A stretch of DNA of 64,000 nt from a virus (lineage: Duplodnaviria; Caudoviricetes), in the IMG/VR virus record IMGVR_UViG_3300009671_000009, positions 32,001-96,000 of that record, one strand, 5' to 3'. Below the pieces are notes generated by a model. That model was not told the DNA's origin and ran no database searches. It saw only the letters and a program-made list of their open reading frames with translations. The first letter of the stretch is position 1, and each line of letters begins with the position of its first letter. Shown piece after piece: positions 37,801 through 46,734 of the stretch. Both the position numbers and the translations under genes were made by a program.

Positions 37801-38411
37801 TCACCGTAGGAAGTAAGAAGCAAGAGGAAGATCAAAAGGTAACACTAACAACAGATGGTTATGTAGGTGTTGAACCAGCAATGGAAGTAGCCTACGGCAA
37901 GCGCATCAAAGTCAAAACAGGATGTGGACATCTCTGGTTGTTCTTCTTCGTAGATGCAAAACATAACCTAGCTGAGATCTGGTCTCAGGTATCTGGAGGA
38001 GGGTGTAAGGCTAACATTGAAAGCATGAGCAGACTCGTAAGCCTTGCGTTCAGAGCAGGCATAGATCCGAAACATATCCTTGATCAGTTGTCAAGTGCAT
38101 TTTGTAAAACATCAATGGATAATGTAGGATCGAAATCATGTGGACATGTAATAGCCAAACAGATTAGAGAGTTCCTAGATAGCAATGAAACGATCATTCC
38201 TGTTGATAAAAATTTAGTTGATGTAGTAGAAAATCTATTGTATGACATACATCCAGATCCAGAAATTGAAGAGTCTGTGGTGTTCTTCAATGATGAAGAG
38301 CTAGCAGTTGCAGCCTGTTCTACTCAACTAGATCAAGAGGAATGCGACCACGTGTTTGACGGTCAAGGTTGTCAAACGTGTATAAAATGTGGTTATAATA
38401 AGTGTAGTTAA
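34836..38411 (+). CDS. nrdJ: class II (B12-dependent) ribonucleotide reductase with intein
   Basis: LPSTP, LSSCF, TNPCAE, CNLGS, IAPTGSIS, SK|intein|TVN, KGITIYRDG, C-terminal TSCPD-like domain. Confidence 0.92.
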   Translation: MNSVLTENALDLLRKRYFRKDLNETTWCQLADRVATAVADAETDEQLKKYWSEKFYNMIYNLEFLPSTPCLMNAYKESPGQLSSCFILDVKDNIESIYAVKGECAKIFQKNGGAGLNMSALRPSGSQVETSKGYSCGVVGFMEEYDLTADIVTRNNTRKGAMKVDLNDWHPDIYEFIHAKDDITKFKCMNISVSLSDKFMQAVLGNQTWDLKFPDYSWNKEIYDNEWCGDLDLWEAKGYPVRVYKTVLARNLYLEIMESAWKTGEPGVSFRDAMDRDNPNPHLGKIKGTNPCAEFTSQPYNSCNLGSINLSKAGKTKDEVLAWLKVMVPQAVRFLDNMITVNKLPLAKIDKFTKSVRSVGMGVMGFAHLLYNLGIPYNSKEGYEFADRLFGYIQDLATQTSIKLAEEKGVYDAWTGSNYDKSGIKIRNSNRLSIAPTGSISFIVNTSGAMEPVFSLVMTRRTNEGYLYHQVDPVLESELKKRGLYSESLLQKIADNYGRCTGIAEIPEDIQKVFVTAYDVSPAEHVKMLSVIQKHVDLSASKCVAKGTLIQTNKGVFPIEKLGAAQGEDVFGEALSDLMVRDQNGDWKKVLNHYSGGIKPTKKVYLDNGQVLEGTHVHRIMTRSGWKKLSDLAQGDLIKCRFADYSLGDRKGSLLIQFEHELNTSAKDIKFPTAMSESLALWLGMLAADGSSTESSGAVVLTCANDEVEKLFSSLTYKLFGQLTSVEYDRRTDTTRACKLTSRNLVRFVQSLIGKGCRDKHIPEQILNGSVAEQKAFLRGLTLDGYVAKRSHRNELVIYEGYSEILCDQALSLCYLLGMAPYKSTKKVPSGRLSKKTFGLHVDCSLIEPLETHKQCRCEPKDRIVDIPEKLKIIKVSAKHPKYNTLRTLRRRSFTTTVDSVLNDFEVAYDIDAYYVTVKSVEDGVAEVYDIEVEDTHSYLVNGIVSHNTVNLPNSATVQDVMDVYIDAWKQGIKGITIYRDGCRDNQVLTVGSKKQEEDQKVTLTTDGYVGVEPAMEVAYGKRIKVKTGCGHLWLFFFVDAKHNLAEIWSQVSGGGCKANIESMSRLVSLAFRAGIDPKHILDQLSSAFCKTSMDNVGSKSCGHVIAKQIREFLDSNETIIPVDKNLVDVVENLLYDIHPDPEIEESVVFFNDEELAVAACSTQLDQEECDHVFDGQGCQTCIKCGYNKCS
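36462..37679 (+). mobile_element. intein (~406 aa) with LAGLIDADG endonuclease
   Basis: CVAKGT...VYDIEVEDTHSYLVNGIVSHN|T; LGMLAADG and LRGLTLDG blocks. Confidence 0.9.
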
Positions 38412-38434
38412 TAAGAGGGGGAGAAATCTCCCTC

Positions 38435-38463
38435 TTGACTTTTGTAACAAATAATGATAGAAT
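38435..38463 (+). promoter_or_regulatory. sigmaA-type promoter
   Basis: TTGACT-17-TAGAAT with extended TG. Confidence 0.65.
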
Positions 38464-38500
38464 TAATAAGAGATGGAAATCTATCCAAGGAGAAGTAAAT

Positions 38501-38893
38501 ATGAATAATAACAATTTCATTGGTAGAGTTGCCAACGATCCTATATTCGGCAAAACTAAAACAGGAACTAGCTTCTTGAAATTCAGTCTTGCCGTTGACC
38601 GTCCCGAGAATAGAGACGTCACAGACTTTATGGACGTTATCTTATGGGCAGGCCTCGCAGACTCTGCACAAAAGTACCTACGGAAAGGCCGACTTATCTA
38701 TGTTGGAGGAAGATGGCTCTCTGATAAGTACGAGAAAGATGGAATTACCAGGAAAACCTGGACTCTACACGGACGTGATCTGCAGTACTTAGACAAAGGA
38801 GGAGCAGTAAAGGAAAGTAATATGGAGCCAGCAATGGCAAACAGCTCTCCTGAAACTGACGTAGATCCGTTCAGTCCGTGGGCAGACAACTAA
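38501..38893 (+). CDS. ssb: single-stranded DNA-binding protein
   Basis: NFIGRVANDP..FSLAVDR..TDF..YLRKGRLIYVGGR, acidic tail. Confidence 0.9.
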   Translation: MNNNNFIGRVANDPIFGKTKTGTSFLKFSLAVDRPENRDVTDFMDVILWAGLADSAQKYLRKGRLIYVGGRWLSDKYEKDGITRKTWTLHGRDLQYLDKGGAVKESNMEPAMANSSPETDVDPFSPWADN

Positions 38894-39447
38894 GCAAGGA
38901 GGACAGCATGCTTTTAGAAGATCATGAGTACCTTGGAGTCTACTATGATTCAGAGAAAAGAAAAATCTTATTAGTGGGAGATTTCAACGACCGCAACACT
39001 AAGGAAATTGTTTGGGCCTTGCAAGAAATGGAATCTATCGAAAAACGAGATCCGATTGACATGTACATAAACAGCAACGGTGGCAACGTCGATAGCTTCC
39101 TGGCAATCTACGATACAATGCAGGATCTTGAATGCGATGTCAATACTATAGGTATAGGTAAGGTTTACTCAGCAGGGGCGTATTTATTATTATCAGGAAC
39201 AGGTAAGCGTTGTGCTTACACAAACGCACTTATAATGTTACATGAATTATCCGACGTCAACTGTGGTAAAGTTACCGACATGCGTATCTATCAAAACTTC
39301 AATGATAGAGTTCAAGAGAAACTTAATCTAATCGTAGCCAGCCACACAGGTCAGTCGCCAGAAAAAGTAGCAGCTGATATAAAAAGGGATTTATGGCTAA
39401 TGGCCGAAGAAGCAAAAGATTACGGAATTATTGATGAAATTATTTAA
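38878..39447 (+). CDS. clpP: ClpP-family protease (copy 1)
   Basis: YINSNGG, YSAGA, IMLHE, RDLWLMAEEAKDYGIID. Confidence 0.85.
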   Translation: MGRQLSKEDSMLLEDHEYLGVYYDSEKRKILLVGDFNDRNTKEIVWALQEMESIEKRDPIDMYINSNGGNVDSFLAIYDTMQDLECDVNTIGIGKVYSAGAYLLLSGTGKRCAYTNALIMLHELSDVNCGKVTDMRIYQNFNDRVQEKLNLIVASHTGQSPEKVAADIKRDLWLMAEEAKDYGIIDEII

Positions 39448-39477
39448 TTCAGGAAACAATAACAAGGGTGGTTAAAT

Positions 39478-39696
39478 TTGGATGAAGTAGAAGAAATTAT
39501 AAGCGAATTTCGTAAGCTGATTATTAGCCTATATTTTGTTCATCCAGACTCGGACGATATCGCAGCTAAAAAAAGGATTATCGACACCTTACTTGACTTA
39601 ATTAAAGATGAACTAGTAGACAGTTTCAGCTATGAAGAAGGAACTCTAATACTTAAGAACTATATTGTGGATAAGGTGGAAGAACTATTTGGCTAA
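39478..39696 (+). CDS. hypothetical protein
   Basis: 72 aa acidic ORF. Confidence 0.5.
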   Translation: MDEVEEIISEFRKLIISLYFVHPDSDDIAAKKRIIDTLLDLIKDELVDSFSYEEGTLILKNYIVDKVEELFG

Positions 39697-40780
39697 AAAG
39701 TCACCAGCAAAAACAAATACTGCCATAAATGGCAATGATAAACTTAAAGCTGCACTCAAGGAGCTAGAATCGAAATACGGAGTAGGAGCAGTTCGTAGAT
39801 ATGGGGATTGCCCAACACAAATTGAACGTACCTCCTCGGGCATTCTCTCTTTAGACCTAGCTTTAGGTGGAGGTTATCCCAGAGGTAGTATTGTAGAAAT
39901 ATTTGGCCCACAAATGGGAGGAAAAACCGTAATAGGTACTTATGGATGTATTGAAATCCAGAAGACAGGTAAGATGGTAGGTCTTTGTGATTTAGAAAAC
40001 ACATTCAATCCTCCAGTGGCAGCAAGAAACGGAATGGATATTGACAATCTGTTTATTGCAAACCCAGAGACAGGAGAACAAGCATTTTCAATCACAGAAG
40101 CATTAGCAAATTCTGGTTCATTTGGCGGCATACTCTTTGATAGTGTAGCTGCAGCTGAACCTGCGCAGGATGCAGCTGGAGAAATGGGTGCCCCCTCTAT
40201 GGGATTACAAGCAAGAATGATGAGCCAGTGTTTGCGACGGCTAAATCCTGTGCTGGCTAAGAATAAATGCACTACATTCTTCATCAACCAAATTCGTGAA
40301 AAGATTGTTATGATGGGGAATCCCGAGATAACTGCAGGAGGAAGAGCATTGCCTTTCTATTCAGCAGTTAGACTCAGTGTTAGAGTTGCGTCATATATCA
40401 ACGCCCTTGGGGTTGAGATTAAAACCCAAGAAGGGGCAATTGGTCACAGAATAAAAGTAAGAGTGATCAAGAACAAGTACTCTCCGCCATTCAAAGAAGC
40501 TGAGTTCAATCTGATCTACGGAGTAGGGATTGACCTTGATGCAGATCTACTCAATGTAGCTACACAGCTAGGAGTAATCAACAGAGCTGGAGGATGGTAC
40601 TCTTACGGGAAACTTAAAGAACAAGGAATTACTAAAATCGTTGACGCAATATACCGCGAAAACTTGTTTGAAGAAATTAAAGAGCAAACTCTTGCCACAA
40701 TTAAAGATATTGGAGGCAGCCAGATTGAATCAGACGAAACGGTGGCTGATGATTCAGAGTTTGATTCAGAAGAGACTTGA
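39689..40780 (+). CDS. recA: RecA recombinase
   Basis: SLDLALGGGYPRG, EIFGPQMGGKT, DSVAA, QARMMSQ, FINQIREK, KNK. Confidence 0.93.
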   Translation: MAKKSPAKTNTAINGNDKLKAALKELESKYGVGAVRRYGDCPTQIERTSSGILSLDLALGGGYPRGSIVEIFGPQMGGKTVIGTYGCIEIQKTGKMVGLCDLENTFNPPVAARNGMDIDNLFIANPETGEQAFSITEALANSGSFGGILFDSVAAAEPAQDAAGEMGAPSMGLQARMMSQCLRRLNPVLAKNKCTTFFINQIREKIVMMGNPEITAGGRALPFYSAVRLSVRVASYINALGVEIKTQEGAIGHRIKVRVIKNKYSPPFKEAEFNLIYGVGIDLDADLLNVATQLGVINRAGGWYSYGKLKEQGITKIVDAIYRENLFEEIKEQTLATIKDIGGSQIESDETVADDSEFDSEET

Positions 40781-41144
40781 GTTTTTAGAAAAAACAGCAG
40801 GATATCTTCCCTCTAACTTTGGCAGAATGATACGAAATCCTTTGTTAAAAGGGCAAGATATTTCTGCTGTTATTAAATTCTCAATAGGCTACGTAGAAAG
40901 ATCTTGGATAATGTGGCAGGAAGCCGCAAAAAGATCAAAAGCAACCAATCGGGAAAAAGCTCTCTTCCGCGCTGCTACTGTATACGTGTTGGATATGGTA
41001 ACCGATGCTATGGACGCCGAAGACAATAGTCCATCAGATATGTGTTACGCAATTCTTCTGAAGCAGTGCCTACTAGATATTCTATCTGTAATAGATAGCC
41101 TAGACCTTTCTAAAACGGAGAGTAAAGATGACGCAGAATCTTAA
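40748..41144 (+). CDS. hypothetical protein
   Basis: ORF bridging recA and the helicase; start uncertain. Confidence 0.5.
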
Positions 41145-42495
41145 TTCAACACAAGAAGCAGCTGTTAACATAAAAGAAGGGCCAGTGCTAGTATCGGCAC
41201 CTCCAGGGTCAGGAAAATCAAGAATTATAGTACACAGAGTAGCGAGACTAATAGAATCAGATTCAGATCCAGAGAAAATAATGGTGGCTACCTTTACCAG
41301 AAAGGCAGCTACAGAACTTAAAGAGAGAGTAAGCAAAATGGTAGGTTCCGACTTGAAAAAAATGTCTTGCGGAACCTTTCATAGTATATGCTTGAATCTA
41401 CTTAAAAACTTTTCAGACCGCGACTGGCAAGTAATTACTGAAGCCAAGGCGCGAGATGCCGTGTCCATAGGATTAGCACAAGAATGCTTAGACGTTAAGA
41501 CACGAGATATCTTGTTAGATATTTCATATCTGAAGGCTTGGATGATAAGTCCATACGAGGCAATGCTTAGAGCAAAAACCCCTGTGGAAAAGAAGCTTGC
41601 CAAGGTTTATCTAAATTACGAAAATATTCTACAGGAAAACAACTATTTAGATTTTGACAATATTATTATAGAGACTCTTCGGTTGTTTAACAATTATAAA
41701 AACCGCAAGCAAGTCCAAGGAATGTTTGAACATGTAATGGTAGATGAATATCAAGATGTTAATAAGCTACAAGGGGTATTGCTCAGTACTATATCTGAAA
41801 AAAGTAAAAGCGTATTCGCTGTTGGTGATGCATCTCAGGCAATCTACGGATTTATGGGGGCTAACCTAAATGAATTCAGAACATTTCCAACCAGGTATAG
41901 TGGCTGTAAACCAGTATTCCTTGATCTCAACTACCGCTCAAACAAAAATATAGTAGATGTATCTAATTCATTAGTGGTTGGAAGAACATCTAGTTTAATG
42001 AAATCTTTCAATGAGGATGCAGGAGAAAGAATAAAGGTATGCATTGCTGACTCTGTTGAAGACGAGGCATACAAACTAGGAAAGATTATCCCACAGTTAA
42101 GCGGCATCACAGCTATACTTGTCAGAGCAGCTTGGCAACTTCCTCCAATCTTATCAGTACTAGATAAAGCTAAAATAAGATATCGGGTCTTAAGCGATAG
42201 TTCCAGATCAGTTGAGGAAGATGCAGAAAACTATGGAGTCAATGTCTATGTATTGACAATGCATGCCGCAAAAGGACTAGAATTCGATAACGTTATTGTA
42301 GTTGGCCTTGAGGAAGATGTGCTTCCGTATAAAGACGCACTAGACATTGAGGAAGAAAGAAGACTTTTTTATGTTGCAATGACGAGGGCAAAACATAATC
42401 TTTTCATATTTGCATGTGTCAACAGAAATGGAAGAATTTCAAGATTGTCTAGATTTCTTTACGAACTTCCTCGTAATTTAATCGAAAAGATATAG
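41128..42495 (+). CDS. UvrD/PcrA-like SF1 helicase
   Basis: APPGSGKS, TFTRKAA, VDEYQD, VGDASQAIYGF, NYRS, TMHAAKGLEF, EERRLFYVAMTRA. Confidence 0.92.
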   Translation: MTQNLNSTQEAAVNIKEGPVLVSAPPGSGKSRIIVHRVARLIESDSDPEKIMVATFTRKAATELKERVSKMVGSDLKKMSCGTFHSICLNLLKNFSDRDWQVITEAKARDAVSIGLAQECLDVKTRDILLDISYLKAWMISPYEAMLRAKTPVEKKLAKVYLNYENILQENNYLDFDNIIIETLRLFNNYKNRKQVQGMFEHVMVDEYQDVNKLQGVLLSTISEKSKSVFAVGDASQAIYGFMGANLNEFRTFPTRYSGCKPVFLDLNYRSNKNIVDVSNSLVVGRTSSLMKSFNEDAGERIKVCIADSVEDEAYKLGKIIPQLSGITAILVRAAWQLPPILSVLDKAKIRYRVLSDSSRSVEEDAENYGVNVYVLTMHAAKGLEFDNVIVVGLEEDVLPYKDALDIEEERRLFYVAMTRAKHNLFIFACVNRNGRISRLSRFLYELPRNLIEKI

Positions 42496-42504
42496 GAGGT
42501 CATA

Positions 42505-42927
42505 ATGTTCTATACCAAGAAGAAAGAAGCCGCGTTAAATGCCAAGCTGTCAAATCTAACTCTGAGTGTTCAAAAGATAGAAAGTATGGTTAGGAATTCA
42601 TTTAACGCGATAGCAGAAGAATCGAAACTTAATAATACATACCTTAAAGAGCTAGCTAAAGTTGTTTTAGATATTAATACGATTCTTACAAATGTTAAAG
42701 AGACCGTTTCTTGTATCAAGACAGATGTAGAAGATACATTCAACAGACTTGATGATACGTCTAAGTCTATTACAGATCTAACAGCAGTAATTAATGTCCA
42801 AAGGATGATCGACATGGCTAAGTTTGCTAATGAACTTGAAAGACTTATCAAGGTTGTTGATATTCTTAATGATACAATTCATGAGAATATCCTAGATGGA
42901 GCTACAAGTCTCGGTGATATTACATGA
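42505..42927 (+). CDS. coiled-coil hypothetical protein
   Basis: heptad pattern, SD GGAGG. Confidence 0.6.
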   Translation: MFYTKKKEAALNAKLSNLTLSVQKIESMVRNSFNAIAEESKLNNTYLKELAKVVLDINTILTNVKETVSCIKTDVEDTFNRLDDTSKSITDLTAVINVQRMIDMAKFANELERLIKVVDILNDTIHENILDGATSLGDIT

Positions 42928-43022
42928 AAAACAAGAAGTGCGGATTGACTGGAAAGCCATGTATAGATGAGAAGTTATCTTGCATGGCTTGTCCTATCAA
43001 TATAAGAACGTAGTGTGGTGGT

Positions 43023-43781
43023 GTGATGATAAATTACAACTGTGCCTTACAATATGCAAGACGCGGATGGTCTGTGTTCCCTCTACAGGGAAAGCTGCCA
43101 CTCAAAGGAAGTCGCGGACTGCTGGATGCATCTCTTGACCCTCACCAGATAAGAGAATGGTTTTACAGTAATCCACACTATAATGTCGGTATCAGAACTG
43201 GCCCAGAAAGCAATATTACAGTCGTAGATATCGATAGCCATGGAGAAACTTCAGGCTTTGATTCCTTAAAGAGATTAGAACTAGAGCATGGCAAAATTGT
43301 TACACGGTCTGTAAAGACAGCTGGCGGGGGCCGCCATCTCTATTTTAAATATCTCGAAGGTTCTACTAATCGAGCAGGAATTCTCCCTGGCATAGACGTT
43401 AGAAGTGCAGGAGGTTATGTGGTCGCGCCCTTCAGCTGCAATCCTGAAGGAAGGATGTATCTGTGGGAAAATAACTTCGCTATCATTGCCGCTCCTAACT
43501 GGCTAGCCAATCTTATCTTAAGGCCCGATGTACTGTACCAACCAGGAGCAGACGCATCTGACGAGCTTGACTACATCCCCATAGGCAAGCGAAACACTTT
43601 GCTCTTTAAAATGCTGTGCGGTCTCCGTTACCACGGCATTCCTATCAAGACTGCCAGGAAGATCGCAAGAACATTTGCTGAAGACTGTGAGGGAGGGTTG
43701 CCAGAGGATGAGATTCAGGCAACTGTCGATAATGTTTATGAACGCTACCAAGTGGGAGTGTTTAAAAAACGCGACAGTTAG
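43023..43781 (+). CDS. bifunctional DNA primase/polymerase (Prim-Pol) with PriCT-like C-terminus
   Basis: GWSVFPL, NVGIRTG, VVDID, TAGGGRHLYF, GIDVR..GGYVVAP, GKRN. Confidence 0.88.
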   Translation: MMINYNCALQYARRGWSVFPLQGKLPLKGSRGLLDASLDPHQIREWFYSNPHYNVGIRTGPESNITVVDIDSHGETSGFDSLKRLELEHGKIVTRSVKTAGGGRHLYFKYLEGSTNRAGILPGIDVRSAGGYVVAPFSCNPEGRMYLWENNFAIIAAPNWLANLILRPDVLYQPGADASDELDYIPIGKRNTLLFKMLCGLRYHGIPIKTARKIARTFAEDCEGGLPEDEIQATVDNVYERYQVGVFKKRDS

Positions 43782-43784
43782 ATA

Positions 43785-43813
43785 TTGACACGATATCCAA
43801 AACATGCTATACT
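43785..43813 (+). promoter_or_regulatory. sigmaA promoter
   Basis: TTGACA-17-TATACT with extended TG. Confidence 0.75.
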
Positions 43814-43819
43814 GAAGTG

Positions 43820-44130
43820 AGGAACAGGGGGCTTTGCGATGGGGATGCTCATCGATAGCCAACGTGTCCCTAAGTACAATAATCTCGGTTAGCGAACGAT
43901 TAGTTGGTGTCTGCGTGAGCCTCCACAACTTACGTATCAACAGTCGTTTACTACAACTTAATACGTGCAATAGCAGTTCAAAAACGGGTTCTGGTACTCC
44001 AGGCCGAAATGACGATTACCCGAGAGATTCGCAAGGCTTCTCTTTAAGGTTCTGCTAAGTGCATTAGTAACACAGAGGAGTGACTCATTTGTCAGCCAGA
44101 GAATAAAAACTTCTAAGTTCATTCTGATTT
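43820..44130 (+). ncRNA. putative ~300-nt structured ncRNA
   Basis: follows a strong promoter, no credible ORF or SD; hairpins CGATG/CATCG, AACGAT-TAGTTGGTG/TATCAAC-AGTCGTT and others. Confidence 0.4.
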
Positions 44131-44192
44131 AATTAGGATGTAGCTCAGATTTTAAATATTGTTCAATCTGAGCTACACAATTCTTTCTATAT

Positions 44193-44267
44193 TGGGACAT
44201 AAGTAAATGGTGATACTAGGGGCCTTATAAGCCCTTATTACAGGTTCGATTCCTGTTGTCCCAACCA
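44193..44267 (+). tRNA. tRNA-Ile(TAT)
   Basis: GGGGC-CTTATAA-GCCCT, acceptor TGGGACA/TGTCCCA, A73, CCA. Confidence 0.8.
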
Positions 44268-44277
44268 ATAATATATA

Positions 44278-44451
44278 ATGGAAAATGTAAACAAAATCTT
44301 AGCAAACGTTAAAGCCTCGATGGCTGTCGAGGGAATAAAACCAAGTGCTTTTGCAGAAAAACTTGGGCGACAACTTTTGATGAATACAATAAGTATTAAA
44401 GAAGCTATCGAAAAAGTTAGGAGACATTACAATATCAATAATGTGGTGTAG
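44278..44451 (+). CDS. VbhA-like (Fic) antitoxin
   Basis: 57 aa MENVNKILANVKASMAVEG... containing the SxxxEG motif. Confidence 0.6.
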   Translation: MENVNKILANVKASMAVEGIKPSAFAEKLGRQLLMNTISIKEAIEKVRRHYNINNVV

Positions 44452-44526
44452 CTCAGAAAGAGATTGTAGATGTGACATTATGTGTGCTAGTTGTCACAAA
44501 TAGTTCACTATGAAAACGAAATTAAT

Positions 44527-44605
44527 CGGGTACTCGCCTAACTTGGTCATGGCATCTGCTTTGGGAGCAGAAATAATGGCGGTTCAAATCCGTCGTACCC
44601 GACCA
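44527..44605 (+). tRNA. tRNA-Pro(TGG)
   Basis: TCTGC-TTTGGGA-GCAGA, C1-G72, CCA. Confidence 0.9.
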
Positions 44606-44651
44606 TATAAATTTACAAATAATTAGTGGGTTTACAATAGGGGGGAAACCG

Positions 44652-45794
44652 ATGTTCACTAATATTAAAGCAAAACTATTCGTGCCCCTTTGCAGCGCTC
44701 TCTTGCTGCTGTTCTATACACCTATAGCATTTGCTTGCGATGGGTCCATCGCAAGTATGTGGTCAAGAGGTAGCAAAGTAAGAGAGATTCAGTATTATTT
44801 ACATAAGTTAAACTACTTAAAAGAACAACCAGACGGAATTTACGGCAATATCACTACAGGCGCAGTTAAAACTTTCCAACTAGAAAGCAATCTGGAAGCC
44901 ACTGGCAAGGTAGGACAAATGACCTTCGATGCATTACATCTTGCAAGCGAAGGATCTATTGCTAAAATGGGTTCTAGAGGCAAAACTGTCGCCAAGATAC
45001 AAGACTATCTACAAAAGTTGAATTACATGAAAGATAGCCCCGATGGAATCTATGGTAAAATTACATTGGGGGCGGTTAAATCTTTCCAATTGGAGCACGG
45101 TCTCAAAGCAACTGGAGAAGTAGAGCAAATAACTTTTAATGCATTAAAGGAATCATTCGATAATCAAAATAATTATACCGAATACTTGGTTCAGGCGAAC
45201 GAGACACTGCTTGACATTGCCGAAAATTTCAATTCTTCTGTTGCTGCAATTATGGTACGAAATGATCTTCATAGTAATGAAATAAAAGAAGGTCAAGTGT
45301 TACAAATTCCAATCGGTATCAGATACCGTCACAGGATTACTTCTCGTAGTCGGAATAAATCTCAACCACAAGCTATACCCTGGTCTATAGTAGATAAATT
45401 ATGGAAGCCTGGCGAAAATGCTACGTTAACCGATCTAGATACAGGAGAGAGTTTTACCGTAAAACGTCTAGGTGGTCGTTACCATGCGGATGCTGAGCCA
45501 CTCACGTCTCTTGATGCAAAGACTATGTATAAAATTCTTGGCAATCGCTGGAGCTGGGATCGTCGTGCAATTATAGTTAATCTTTGTACTCTTCAAATTG
45601 CAGCTTCTATGAATGGTATGCCCCACGGCGTACAAAATATATATGGCAACTGGTTTGATGGGCACTTTTGCATTCATTTCTTAGGTAGCAGAGTCCATGT
45701 TAGTTATTCAGTAGACGATCAACATCTATCAAAGATAGAAGAAGCAGAAAATACTTTTGAAATCGACGAAGAAGAAATTATGTCCGTCCTGTAA
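44652..45794 (+). CDS. secreted peptidoglycan-binding (2x PG_binding_1 + LysM) cell-wall enzyme
   Basis: signal peptide, two DGIYG..T..AVK.FQ repeats, LysM, C-terminal GHFCIHF. Confidence 0.8.
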   Translation: MFTNIKAKLFVPLCSALLLLFYTPIAFACDGSIASMWSRGSKVREIQYYLHKLNYLKEQPDGIYGNITTGAVKTFQLESNLEATGKVGQMTFDALHLASEGSIAKMGSRGKTVAKIQDYLQKLNYMKDSPDGIYGKITLGAVKSFQLEHGLKATGEVEQITFNALKESFDNQNNYTEYLVQANETLLDIAENFNSSVAAIMVRNDLHSNEIKEGQVLQIPIGIRYRHRITSRSRNKSQPQAIPWSIVDKLWKPGENATLTDLDTGESFTVKRLGGRYHADAEPLTSLDAKTMYKILGNRWSWDRRAIIVNLCTLQIAASMNGMPHGVQNIYGNWFDGHFCIHFLGSRVHVSYSVDDQHLSKIEEAENTFEIDEEEIMSVL

Positions 45795-45817
45795 TAAGAT
45801 CAGGCATAAAGAATAAT

Positions 45818-45893
45818 GGAGGCTTAGTATATCGGTTCATTATACTGGACTGTCGATCCAGAGAGACGGGTTCGACTCCCGTAGTCTCCGCCA
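45818..45893 (+). tRNA. tRNA-Asp(GTC)
   Basis: CTGGA-CTGTCGA-TCCAG, G73, CCA. Confidence 0.9.
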
Positions 45894-45916
45894 TAATAAA
45901 TTTTAAGGAAGAAGAA

Positions 45917-46654
45917 ATGATATTCGTTACAGGAGATATGCATGGTGAGCTAGGTATCAGAAAGTTCGCTACAGAATTTTTCCCAGAAGGAAAAGATCTA
46001 ACGAAAAGTGACTACGTAATTATCTGTGGAGACTTTGGTCTGGTCTGGTATCCACCAGAACATCCAGAGTTTAAGAGCCAACAGTATTGGCTTAACTGGT
46101 TAGAATCTAAGCCATGGACTACCTTATTTGTAGACGGAAATCATGAAAATTTCGATATACTTAAAGAAATGCCTGAACAAGAAATGTTCGGTGCCCCAGT
46201 AGGAGTTATCTCCGACTCAATCTTCCATCTTAAGCGTGGCTATATTTATACAATACAAGGCAAAGAATTCTTTACCTTTGGTGGAGGACATTCCATAGAT
46301 AAGGCATGGCGTACGCCAGGTAAATCCTGGTGGGCAGAAGAATTACCCACCAACGACGAATACTTAAGAGGAAGTCAATCTCTCAAGGAAAACGATAGTC
46401 TGGTTGACTTTGTAATAACCCATGCTTGCCCTGGCAAACTAGTTTCCCTTCTCTACGAGAGAAGGGAAAGGTTTGATCCAGAAGACGAAGAAGAACTTCG
46501 CAATTATTTTGATAATATATCAAACACAGTTAATTTTTCACAGTGGTTCTTTGGCCACTACCACACAGATAGACAGATAGATAGTAAGCATTATGCTTTA
46601 TATGATAGTATTGTTGAAATTGGAAGGCAGGACAACGGTGTCGAGCGGTCTTGA
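45917..46654 (+). CDS. calcineurin-like metallophosphoesterase
   Basis: GDMHG, GDFG, DGNHEN, THA, FGHYH. Confidence 0.88.
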   Translation: MIFVTGDMHGELGIRKFATEFFPEGKDLTKSDYVIICGDFGLVWYPPEHPEFKSQQYWLNWLESKPWTTLFVDGNHENFDILKEMPEQEMFGAPVGVISDSIFHLKRGYIYTIQGKEFFTFGGGHSIDKAWRTPGKSWWAEELPTNDEYLRGSQSLKENDSLVDFVITHACPGKLVSLLYERRERFDPEDEEELRNYFDNISNTVNFSQWFFGHYHTDRQIDSKHYALYDSIVEIGRQDNGVERS

Positions 46655-46711
46655 AAACCATCGTGTCGGCGAGGAGTCGGCTACAGAGTTCGATTCTCTG
46701 GCCTTCCGCCA
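46622..46711 (+). tRNA. tRNA-Ser(TGA)
   Basis: CTTGAAA loop, long variable arm, G73, CCA; compact D-arm. Confidence 0.8.
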
Positions 46712-46734
46712 TATGAATATAAAGGAGCAAAATC

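Noticed and set aside
44138-44178. tRNA at TGTAGCTCAGATT...AATCTGAGCTACA
   Set aside because: It is only an inverted repeat of a tRNA-like 5' fragment, with no T-arm or CCA
46622-46711. tRNA-Sec
   Set aside because: The anticodon is TGA (Ser), not TCA, and the acceptor stem is 7 bp
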